Below are positions 45,231 through 53,357 of a stretch of DNA of 64,000 nucleotides, in pieces. Under the pieces are notes generated by a model that saw only the letters and a program-made list of their open reading frames with translations, did not search any database and was not told the origin of the DNA. The stretch covers positions 12,243 through 76,242 of the forward strand of contig CAUUFA010000008.1 of the NCBI GenBank assembly GCA_963544395.1. The letters run 5' to 3'. Source of the stretch: an uncultured Bacilli bacterium. GTDB taxonomy: Bacteria; Bacillota_I; Bacilli_A; RFN20; CAG-288. Both the position numbers and the translations under genes were made by a program. How positions within the stretch are numbered: position 1 is the first letter of the stretch; each line of letters begins with the position of its first letter.

Positions 45231-46070
45231 GCTCTCCTTCAGAATCCGCTTCCGGAGGGCTGCAATCTCCGGTTCAAAGACGGGGCCGTACAGCCTCGGG
45301 TTGATCTCTTCGTCCAGATTGTTTTTCAAAGAGGCGTGGACAAAATCATGAGCCGCTTTGATGGCGGACTTCAAAGAGAGTCCGGATACAAGCGCTGAGA
45401 CTACCGTAGAAGCAAAACAATCTCCAGCGCCGTGAACACCGTCAAGGAGGAGATCGGTCTCGTAGTAATAAAACTTATTCAGCTTGCCATCATAGCCCAT
45501 GCAGGCGATTCTTCCTTCGCGGAAGGTGAGCCCGCTGATGACGACAAATCTCGGCCCGAGCTTAGAAAGGGCTTTGGCTAAGCTGTTGATGAAGCGTCTC
45601 GTGTAAGAGCGCGGATACTTCTTTCCGAGCAAAGCGCAGGCCTCGGTGAGATTCGGCGTGATGAGGTCAGCGATGGGAAGGAGGGATTTCATCTTTTCGA
45701 CGTGCTCGTCATCAAAACCGGGATAGAGGTGTCCGTCTGCTCCGAAAGCAGGATCCATCAGATAAAGGTTCTTCTCGTTCTTGAATCTTCTCACGACAGA
45801 AGCGATCACATCCTCCTGTCCTTTCCCGAGATATCCGGTGTAAATGGCATCGAATTCCGTGTTGAATCCCTGCCACATATCCGCCGTTTGGGTGATCTCT
45901 TCCGTCAGATCGTGATAGGTCCATTTCGGGAAAGCCGTATGATTAGACAATACGGCGGTCGGGATGCCGACACATTCGATGCCACATCCGGAGATGATCG
46001 GCAAGGCGACAGTCAAGGAGCAGCGGCCTAAGCAACTGTAGTCCTGAATGGTTAAAATGCGTTTATTCAT
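45216..46070 (-). CDS. pdxK: pyridoxal/pyridoxamine kinase
   Basis: 284 aa. N-terminal ILTIQDYSCLGRCSLTVALPI and C-terminal GAGDCFAS ribokinase-fold motif. GGAG SD. Confidence 0.85.
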   Translation of the reverse strand: MNKRILTIQDYSCLGRCSLTVALPIISGCGIECVGIPTAVLSNHTAFPKWTYHDLTEEITQTADMWQGFNTEFDAIYTGYLGKGQEDVIASVVRRFKNEKNLYLMDPAFGADGHLYPGFDDEHVEKMKSLLPIADLITPNLTEACALLGKKYPRSYTRRFINSLAKALSKLGPRFVVISGLTFREGRIACMGYDGKLNKFYYYETDLLLDGVHGAGDCFASTVVSALVSGLSLKSAIKAAHDFVHASLKNNLDEEINPRLYGPVFEPEIAALRKRILKESKKAA

Positions 46071-46299
46071 GTTTTTTCTCCTCTTGTTGGTTCAGGGAAT
46101 CTTCTAAGGTCTTCAACGGAACGACGAAAGCGCCGGCAAAATCGATGAGATTCTCTTTTGTCGGTATCGCTGTTCCTTCCATCCATCCTTCGACCACCTC
46201 GTCTTCCAGGGAGAGATGGTCAGCGATGTAACAGGCATCGATATGGTAGGTGTTGCAAACTGCTTTTACGATCTCTGAAAAAGTTGGTTTCATGGTCAC
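46063..46299 (-). CDS. small XRE-type HTH-like protein
   Basis: 78 aa. The segment ...YIADHLSLEDEVVEGWMEGTAIPTKENLIDFAGAFVVPLKTL resembles an HTH_XRE domain. 4-nt and 8-nt overlaps with its neighbours. Confidence 0.55.
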   Translation of the reverse strand: MTMKPTFSEIVKAVCNTYHIDACYIADHLSLEDEVVEGWMEGTAIPTKENLIDFAGAFVVPLKTLEDSLNQQEEKKHE

Positions 46300-47144
46300 T
46301 GATCAGACTCTTCGTCATCATTCTTCGTAGAATCGTTGTTTTCTTCAGAGACTTTGGACATATCCAAAGCCAAAGTTCTCCGCTTTCTGCGGTTCTCTTT
46401 TTTCAGCTCATTGATGTCGATGACTTTGACATCATGAGAGGTATCAGGCTCTGTGGCAACGAGGCGCTCTTTCTCTTTGATCTCCTGCTCAATCTGCATC
46501 TTTCTGGTGTTTCTCAGCTTGATGAGGAAGACGGTGAGATCGATGACACCAAGGACGGAGAGGACAGCGCCGAAGATCATCATCACATAGCGGATGACCT
46601 GACCGGAGTTCTTTTTCCAATAGATGATGTAGACGATGCCTCCTGCCAGCATGGCAGCAGCACCGATGAAGGCAAAGACGGCTCCGACAATGTTCTTCTT
46701 CGTGCCTTTTCCGACAATCTTGTCAACGCCGAAAACGACCAGCATGACCGCATAACCGAAGATGACACCCATCAGCAGGATGACGACGATGTCCTTGACG
46801 TAATCGCTCCGCAAGAACATGACCAGAGCCATCGAAATAAACAATAATCCAATCAGGATATCCTGAGCCAAGAGAGAGCGGTTAAGCAGATAACCGGCGG
46901 CGACTTCCATGATGCCATAGATCGTCAGGACAATTCCCAAAGACAGGCTGAGCGCTTTCGGAGAAGACTCCTCAGTCCCTTGAGAAACGGCGACAAAAAT
47001 AACACCTAAAGCGATGAGGATGATGGCCTGAACTATCTTCAGCCATTTGTAGATCTGAATCCTCATCTCTTTCTCTGTCTTCTCTTCAAAATTACGTCTA
47101 TTGCGGTCAGAATATATATTCTGATTCATTTCGTTATCGTTCAT
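46296..47144 (-). CDS. multi-TM membrane protein, HdeD/DUF308-like
   Basis: Six glycine-rich TM segments in a repeated pattern with charged N- and C-termini. Start placed at ATG 47144 (GGAG upstream) because ATG 47165 overlaps a TATAAT. Confidence 0.55.
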   Translation of the reverse strand: MNDNEMNQNIYSDRNRRNFEEKTEKEMRIQIYKWLKIVQAIILIALGVIFVAVSQGTEESSPKALSLSLGIVLTIYGIMEVAAGYLLNRSLLAQDILIGLLFISMALVMFLRSDYVKDIVVILLMGVIFGYAVMLVVFGVDKIVGKGTKKNIVGAVFAFIGAAAMLAGGIVYIIYWKKNSGQVIRYVMMIFGAVLSVLGVIDLTVFLIKLRNTRKMQIEQEIKEKERLVATEPDTSHDVKVIDINELKKENRRKRRTLALDMSKVSEENNDSTKNDDEESDQ

Positions 47145-47297
47145 GTTTTTTTCTCCGTGGTTCATTATAATATAAAATTCGAAAATTTGTCGGAAAAGGA
47201 AGAAAGAAAATCGGTCAGTCGCTTTACATCGAATGAATCCTGTGCCAAAAACGGCAGTGTCAACCCATAAAAGAACGCTAAAACAACAAAAATACGC

Positions 47298-48638
47298 CTA
47301 TCTGATTCTGTCGTTGAGCAACCCAACGATCTGTCGCCTAGAATCTTTTCTCTGCTCAACCCACACCAAGAAGAGGGTGTAAAGGAGAAAGAAAAGAAGA
47401 GTCAAGGCAAAACCGGGGATGAAGTAAAGGGGATTGAACGTGATGCGGTACAAGCTATCGATCGTCCGGTAAAGGAAATCGTTGAAGAGTATCGTCACAC
47501 CAAGAGAGAGGACGAGGCTGATAGAGGAGCTGATCAGCGTGGCCTTCAAGACAATCCAAAGCAATCTGGACCACAGATACTTTTCTAAGTCTCTCTGCTT
47601 CATTCCTAAGGCTTTCAGCATGCCGAGGTTCTTTCTTGAACGAGAATACCAATGAGAGAAAGAAAGATACCAATCGATCAGCAAGACGAAGGACAAGACG
47701 AGAAGAATGACACCGCAAATCGTCGTAAACAAGGAGATCAGCGGTTCGAAATTGAGATACTGGGCAAAGAGGCTGTTTGTCAGGATACTGATGTTCTGAT
47801 TGGCTTTTGCCAGTCGAGTTGCACGATAAGAATCCAATTTCGAATATTCCTCTTTCATCGTATCAAAGCTCGGATAACGGACGATAGCCCGATAGCGGAA
47901 GGAGATGTCTGATAGGTTCGGGAATCCGAGCAAGGATTTATAGAGAATCTGAGGAGCTTCTTTTTCATCTTCACCACGGGAGTGAAGCGAATAAACCGCA
48001 TCTTCGAAGATGCCGAGGATCTTCGTCTCGGATAGCACCATCTTCGTCACACGGTTGGATTTACTGTCTTCCTGTTCCTGCTGAATGCATAGGGTTTGTT
48101 CTCTACAGTCTTCCCATGACCATTCCAAGGAATCCATCAACGTATGGGAGAGAAAGACGCTTTCTTCTACCATGTTCCATGAACCAGCAAGAAAGACAGG
48201 CTTGTTCTTGTGCTTCTGAAAACAGGAGGCTTCGTCAGCAAACAGGAAATCAGATGGATAGCATTCAACTCGGAAGCTATCTCCATGCCAGGAAGCTTCT
48301 TTCGCAGCAGTCATGAAAACAGGATAAAAATGAGCGGGTCCGGAATAGTCCCCTTGAATCAAGGTGTTGGATTGCCCAACCTGATAATGTAGGAATTCTT
48401 CCTTTTTCGTTGTTTGTTCCAAGGTAGCCTCTAACTCTGCTTCTGTCTCTGCTTCAATCCGAAGGGAAGTATTCAGAGAATAGGCCTTCAATTTAGCTTG
48501 GACTCCGCCGAAGAAAGCGGAAGAAAAGAAAAAGAGAGGTAGGAAAAGAGTCATGCAGAATGACAGGGAAAAGACGAAGGAGCGGTTCCTTCCTCTTTCT
48601 TTTCTTCTAGCGAAGGAAAAGATATCCCGATCAGTCAT
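47298..48638 (-). CDS. FtsX-like ABC permease domain protein (1 TM, ~270-aa extracytoplasmic domain, 3 TMs); no ATPase partner nearby
   Basis: C-terminal FtsX-type motif RKNLGMLKALGMKQRDL followed by 2 TMs. AAGGAG SD 7 nt before ATG 48638. Confidence 0.7.
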   Translation of the reverse strand: MTDRDIFSFARRKERGRNRSFVFSLSFCMTLFLPLFFFSSAFFGGVQAKLKAYSLNTSLRIEAETEAELEATLEQTTKKEEFLHYQVGQSNTLIQGDYSGPAHFYPVFMTAAKEASWHGDSFRVECYPSDFLFADEASCFQKHKNKPVFLAGSWNMVEESVFLSHTLMDSLEWSWEDCREQTLCIQQEQEDSKSNRVTKMVLSETKILGIFEDAVYSLHSRGEDEKEAPQILYKSLLGFPNLSDISFRYRAIVRYPSFDTMKEEYSKLDSYRATRLAKANQNISILTNSLFAQYLNFEPLISLFTTICGVILLVLSFVLLIDWYLSFSHWYSRSRKNLGMLKALGMKQRDLEKYLWSRLLWIVLKATLISSSISLVLSLGVTILFNDFLYRTIDSLYRITFNPLYFIPGFALTLLFFLLYTLFLVWVEQRKDSRRQIVGLLNDRIR

Positions 48639-49159
48639 CGCCAAACTCCTTCTTCAGGTCTGAAATCAACGGAGCTTCGCTCTTTCGGAGCGTGCGAAGA
48701 GAGAAAACAACAAGCAGCAGGAATAACAACACGAAGAAGAGGAAAGGAAAATACCAGGGTAGAACAGTGATGGTCTCAATGTTCTGAATATTGACTTTGT
48801 CGACCAAAGCGTCTGTGATGGTTCTGACGAACAATCCGATCAGCATTTTGATCGGCTGTTGACAGCAGAGCAAAGGAATAAAGGAAAGAAGAAAGGAAAA
48901 GAGAGACCAGACCGATCTGCATCAGGAAAACGCATCTGCCATCACGATCTTTGATACCCAACACTTTCCCGATCTGAAGACGATGCCTCGCCTTCTGCAA
49001 AGATAGGACTAAACCGATCGAGAGTGTTCCGATTGAAACAATCAGGAGAAGCAAGGAGAGCAGTAAAAACAGCCAGAGGGAAAAAGAGGCACAGCGTTGA
49101 CATTGATCGATGGCAGGAAGTGTTTCGGAAAGGAATCTGAAGAACAAACCAATCATCAC
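48631..49159 (-). pseudogene. 5'-truncated, frameshifted FtsX-type permease fragment
   Basis: Two overlapping minus-strand ORFs in different frames (48776..49159 and 48631..48873) together spell the TM2-4 region of an FtsX domain (LQKARHRLQIGKVLGIKDRD...). The TM1/ECD part is missing. Confidence 0.65.
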
Positions 49160-49668
49160 TTTCGCTGCTCACTTCAATATTTCCATCTTAAAGGATGTGT
49201 ACTACTTCTTTGCGGATAAAGCTGTCTTCACCAATAGCGCTGGCTGCGCCAACGAGCAAGGCATCGGCATCAGACTGGAAAAAGATGAAGGATATCATGC
49301 ATTCTTAAAGTCGCTGATGCGAGCCCTGACTTAAGCATTGATGATATTCAGACCACAAAGAGACCAAAGAAGATGCTTTGACTCATAGGAAAGTATTGAT
49401 TTGCGATGAGTTTGGTTCCTCTCTGCATCCGTTGCTGGCCTCCTTTCTTCTCTCTTTGTTCTTCGGCGAATCAATCAATACCAAGCATGCGCAGATTGTT
49501 TTCGACACGCAAGAGATCTATCTCTCAAATGAAATGCTCCTCAGGAGAGACGAAATCTATCTTGCGGAAAAGAATAAAGAGACAGGATCCACGGAAATCT
49601 CCTGCCTGAAAGAATACGCTGTCCGTAAAACGGAAAATATTGAGAACGGTTATCTTATGGAAAGTTAG
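49160..49668 (+). pseudogene. C-terminal remnant of an AAA_15/AAA_21 (COG1106-like, ABC-type) ATPase
   Basis: Walker B/D-loop region VLICDEFGSSLHPLL, then ...AQIVFDTQE...LLRRDEIYLAEKNKETGSTEI...RKTENIENGYL. The frame is broken between 49334 and 49378. There is no Walker A N-terminal half and no ATG or SD. Confidence 0.65.
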
Positions 49669-49899
49669 TCTTCCACTCCGGAGTCAGATGAAAACAAAAT
49701 CAAGCTATGAGAAAACGCAGAGCGGATTTCTTCCCCTTGAGATAGACCATCCGAAAGAGTGTTTTTCTCTTTGATTCTGATCAGCAAAAGAGGAACAGAG
49801 CAAAGGGTAGCTCTAGTTTTCCTTAACCTTATTTATATCTATAGTTGCAGAAGTTTTGTCTGATAGCAGAAAAAGCATATAGCAAACAAAAAACATTAG

Positions 49900-49928
49900 T
49901 TGAATTGCAAAATAGGTGAGGTTATAAT
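49900..49928 (+). promoter_or_regulatory. promoter of rpmH
   Basis: TTGAAT (49900..49905), a 17-nt spacer, then TATAAT (49923..49928). Confidence 0.65.
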
Positions 49929-49980
49929 ATCGCTACATGCGTTTTTTGTGCGCATTTCACTAACGGAGGGGTAGATATTT

Positions 49981-50118
49981 ATGAAACGTACTTATCAGCC
50001 GAGTAAAATCAAGAGAGCTCATACTTGTGGCTTCAGAGCTAGAATGGCTACCAAGGACGGAAGAAAGATCTTAGCCAGAAGAAGAGCTAAGGGTAGAAAA
50101 AATCTCACTCAGGCCTAA
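49981..50118 (+). CDS. rpmH: 50S ribosomal protein L34
   Basis: Not in the ORF track. Read by hand as [54 protein letters not shown]. Confidence 0.93.
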   Translation: MKRTYQPSKIKRAHTCGFRARMATKDGRKILARRRAKGRKNLTQA

Positions 50119-50135
50119 GCAATTAGGCCTTTTTT
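50111..50135 (+). terminator. attenuating terminator between rpmH and rnpA
   Basis: AGGCC (50111..50115) pairs with GGCCT (50126..50130), followed by TTTTT. Confidence 0.6.
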
Positions 50136-50145
50136 CGGCTGTTCT

Positions 50146-50496
50146 ATGAAAAAGTATATGCGTCTATTGAAATCTCAGGATTTCAAAACGGTACTGGATC
50201 AGAGATTGTGCGCCGGAAAAAACGCTTCGATATCCGTCTTCTTTATGCCGAACCGACTGACTCACGCCAGAGTCGGCATCTCTGTCTCCAAAAAGATCGG
50301 CGATGCTGTCGTCAGGGTGCGGGTCAGAAGACAAATCCGAGCTCAGATCAATCTCACGGATGTCTTGGCGAAGCCTTTCGACATCGTCATCATTGCCCAT
50401 TCCGGTTTTCTTCAAAAGACATTCCAGGAAAACACCGAGGTCTTAAAAAAGGTGCTTGATCATCTGAGTGTGCCATCCAAAGAGGAAATAGCATGA
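50146..50496 (+). CDS. rnpA: ribonuclease P protein component
   Basis: 116 aa, basic, LKSQDFKTV...ARVGISVSKKIG motif, position after rpmH. Confidence 0.9.
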   Translation: MKKYMRLLKSQDFKTVLDQRLCAGKNASISVFFMPNRLTHARVGISVSKKIGDAVVRVRVRRQIRAQINLTDVLAKPFDIVIIAHSGFLQKTFQENTEVLKKVLDHLSVPSKEEIA

Positions 50497-52064
50497 GTAA
50501 ACATTCGAACAAGTTCGCAACGCGCACGGCAATCCTAGTCGGAGGAGTTGTCGCTGTTTTCGGTTTAGCCAGCTGTACCAAATCCTTCTGCACCAACCAA
50601 GATAAGGCAAACCAAGTCTATGCCGCCTATGGAAATCTCTTCTCCGATTCCGTGAATCAGTTAGAAAAAGATGATACGATCCCTTCGGCTGATGCCAAGG
50701 TCAGCGACTACGCTTTGAAGACGAGAAACACCAACCGTGAAACGCTCTTCAACAAAGCCACCACAGCCGGCTATGCCTTGCCGACGCTCAGCTTCCAGAG
50801 GTTCATCACAAAGAAAGCTCAAGATGAAGCGGATGCCACGTATCTGAAGTGGACTGACAACACCCTCGACAATCTGACTGTGCCGGAAGCGAAGAAAGTG
50901 GCGTTTCACGTCGCTTTATATGCTGGTCTTGACAAGGAGACCAATCAGGTTTCTGCCCTCTGGACAAATTTCGACACCTGGTATGCTCAGGCGGTCGCTG
51001 ATCCGACGATCGGCATCCTCAAAGCCCCGAGCAGCAACTATGTCACCTTGTTGAAAAACACGGTCAACACCACCATCGCACAGAACTTCTCCTGCATCAC
51101 GCCAGAGAACATGCCTTTGGTTCAAGGCGGATCGGAAGTCTATATTCAGGGAAAGACCTGGAGGCAGGCCTTCAAGCAGTTCGGACCTCTTGAGGGACTC
51201 TTCGTCTTCCCGTTTGCTTGGCTGGTCCACGTCATCTCCAACTCGCTCAACAACACAGCGTTAGCTCAGCTTTTGGCAATCTTAATTGTCACATTAATCG
51301 TCCGTCTCGTCACCGTCATCTCCACGGTGTTCCAAACCAAGACGCAGGCGAAGCAGCAGGCGATTCAGCCGCAGATTGCGGAGCTTCAGAAACGGTATCC
51401 TGATTCTCAGAATGATCCGGATCAGCGCAGAGCTTTGGCTATGGAACAGGCGAAGCTCATGAAGAAGAACAAAGTCCATCCGATGCTTCCTATGCTCTTC
51501 ATCATCGTTCAGTTCCCGCTCTTCATCTGCATCTGGTCCGCTTTGCAGGGATCTGCCATTCTCGCTAACGGTTCCTTCTTAGGACTTTCTCTCACGACTA
51601 GGGTTTCCACCTGCATCACTGCCTTCTCCTCCACGCCAGGTGCGATTGTCGGTGTCATCATCTTCATCCTGATGTCTGTTGCTAACGTCCTATCTTCCTG
51701 CACAGGCTTATGGTTCAACACCTGGAGAACCAAGAAATTCGGTGCCGCCGGACCCGTTCAGTACGATTCCCAAGGCCGTCCGATCGATCCGAACAAGACG
51801 ATGAAATATATGACCTATGGAATGATGGTCTTCGTCATCTTCATGGGGTGGAGCCTTCCGGCCGCCATGGGTATCTACTGGTTCATCGGCGCTGTCATCT
51901 CCATCATCCAGTCTCTCTTCACCGAGTTGTTACAGATGAGATCCCGTCATAAGCTTGCTGCGAATACCGGAGACGGAAGCACGCTAGCCGCCATCCGGAG
52001 AAGCAAGCACCACGGTGCTGATAAAAACAAGAAGGGCGGATCCGATAAACCATTATGGAGGTAA
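50493..52064 (+). CDS. yidC: membrane protein insertase YidC, lipoprotein type, with a long (~230 aa) extracytoplasmic N-domain
   Basis: Lipobox GLASCT. The conserved 60-kDa-IMP core starts around LAQLLAILIVTLIVRL and includes PMLPMLFIIVQFPLFICIW. Basic C-tail. Confidence 0.9.
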   Translation: MSKHSNKFATRTAILVGGVVAVFGLASCTKSFCTNQDKANQVYAAYGNLFSDSVNQLEKDDTIPSADAKVSDYALKTRNTNRETLFNKATTAGYALPTLSFQRFITKKAQDEADATYLKWTDNTLDNLTVPEAKKVAFHVALYAGLDKETNQVSALWTNFDTWYAQAVADPTIGILKAPSSNYVTLLKNTVNTTIAQNFSCITPENMPLVQGGSEVYIQGKTWRQAFKQFGPLEGLFVFPFAWLVHVISNSLNNTALAQLLAILIVTLIVRLVTVISTVFQTKTQAKQQAIQPQIAELQKRYPDSQNDPDQRRALAMEQAKLMKKNKVHPMLPMLFIIVQFPLFICIWSALQGSAILANGSFLGLSLTTRVSTCITAFSSTPGAIVGVIIFILMSVANVLSSCTGLWFNTWRTKKFGAAGPVQYDSQGRPIDPNKTMKYMTYGMMVFVIFMGWSLPAAMGIYWFIGAVISIIQSLFTELLQMRSRHKLAANTGDGSTLAAIRRSKHHGADKNKKGGSDKPLWR

Positions 52065-52068
52065 GAGT

Positions 52069-52701
52069 ATGAATAGATACGAAGGAAAAAGCGAAGAAGA
52101 GGCTGTCAAAAAAGCCTGCGAGGACTTAGGTGTCAGCGATCCTAAGACCCTCAACTATCAGATCATCTCCATCAAGAAGACACTGTTCAGCAAGACGTAC
52201 ACGATCGGCATCTACTCGATCAACGATGTCATCGTCTTCGCCGACGATTACATCAAGCGCTGCTTAAGGGCGCTTGGAACCGAAGGTTCCACAGAGGCGA
52301 AATACGAGGACGGCGTCATCAAGCTCAACATCGTGACCGGCCACAATAAGAACGTCATCGGTAGAAACGGCGACACGCTCCGCTCCATCAACGAGCTCAC
52401 CCGCTCCGCCTGCTTCAACCGCTTCGGCGGACACTATCGTATTCTGCTCAACTGCGACGGCTACAAGGAAGTCAAGTACAGCAAATTCGTCTCGATCGCC
52501 CGCCACTATGCCGACGAAGTCTCTAGGACTCACGTCACTGCAATCCTCGATCCGATGACCTCCGATGAGCGGAGAGTCATCCATCAGGCGCTGACAGGAT
52601 ATCCGCACATCAAAACCCAATCCTTAGGGACCGGACATAAGAGACACGTCACCATCCAGTGGGTGGAAGAAGAGCATCCGACCTCCGGAGAAAACGTCTG
52701 A
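52069..52701 (+). CDS. jag: Jag/KhpB RNA-binding protein (Jag_N, KH, R3H)
   Basis: N-terminal YEGKSEEEAVKKACEDLGV, KH-like GRNGDTLRSIN and R3H RRVIHQAL. Start at ATG 52069 (GGAGG upstream). Confidence 0.9.
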   Translation: MNRYEGKSEEEAVKKACEDLGVSDPKTLNYQIISIKKTLFSKTYTIGIYSINDVIVFADDYIKRCLRALGTEGSTEAKYEDGVIKLNIVTGHNKNVIGRNGDTLRSINELTRSACFNRFGGHYRILLNCDGYKEVKYSKFVSIARHYADEVSRTHVTAILDPMTSDERRVIHQALTGYPHIKTQSLGTGHKRHVTIQWVEEEHPTSGENV

Positions 52702-52706
52702 CAATC

Positions 52707-52761
52707 AAAAGGGTCTGCCGCTAACCTACGATCATGCAGGTTTGACGGCAGACCCTTTTTT
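52707..52761 (+). terminator. strong terminator after jag (bidirectional hairpin shared with the convergent PPTase gene)
   Basis: 14-bp stem AAAAGGGTCTGCCG / CGGCAGACCCTTTT, followed by T6. Confidence 0.85.
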
Positions 52762-52765
52762 GAAT

Positions 52766-53353
52766 TCAGAAGAGCTGTTTTGGTATTTGAATTTCCGAAG
52801 CGGAGACCGTCAGGACATAGCGGGAAGAATCCGAGGCTACGATCTCTCTTTGCACCCAGCTAGGATCGTTGATCTCGCGGTTGAGCTGATGGACGTCGAT
52901 TCCTTGGCCCAGGCGTTTATAATAGGCTTCCTTATTGGTCCAGTATTTGGTGAAGCAGAGCGGTTTATCTTCAGAAGCATCAAAGACCTGCTTCTCTTTC
53001 GGAGTCAATACCCGCTCAGAGAGAAGCTCAATATCCTTCTTCGTATCCACAAGCTGGACATCGATGCCGCAGGCATGGTTGGAGTAGACGATGGCGACGA
53101 CATCTTTGCTGTGGGAAAGGTTGAACTCTAAAGAGGGGATGCTCGGCTTGCCGAAATCGTTGAATGAGACCTGGACATCCTTCGGGATCATCTTATCCTT
53201 GAAGATCTGCGCCCAGGCGAAAAAGGAATTCCGCAGGTCCTGTTCGTTCTTATATCGTTCACAATGCTGAATGACGGTGTCGGGAAGGTTCTTCTTCAGA
53301 GCCTCGATATCGACAGCGACATCCGATAAATCATAAAAGTAAAAATCACTCAT
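52766..53353 (-). CDS. 4'-phosphopantetheinyl transferase (Sfp-type)
   Basis: Motifs FNLSHSKDVVAIV, GIDVQ and WTNKEAYYKRLGQG. Confidence 0.85.
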   Translation of the reverse strand: MSDFYFYDLSDVAVDIEALKKNLPDTVIQHCERYKNEQDLRNSFFAWAQIFKDKMIPKDVQVSFNDFGKPSIPSLEFNLSHSKDVVAIVYSNHACGIDVQLVDTKKDIELLSERVLTPKEKQVFDASEDKPLCFTKYWTNKEAYYKRLGQGIDVHQLNREINDPSWVQREIVASDSSRYVLTVSASEIQIPKQLF

Positions 53354-53357
53354 GTTT

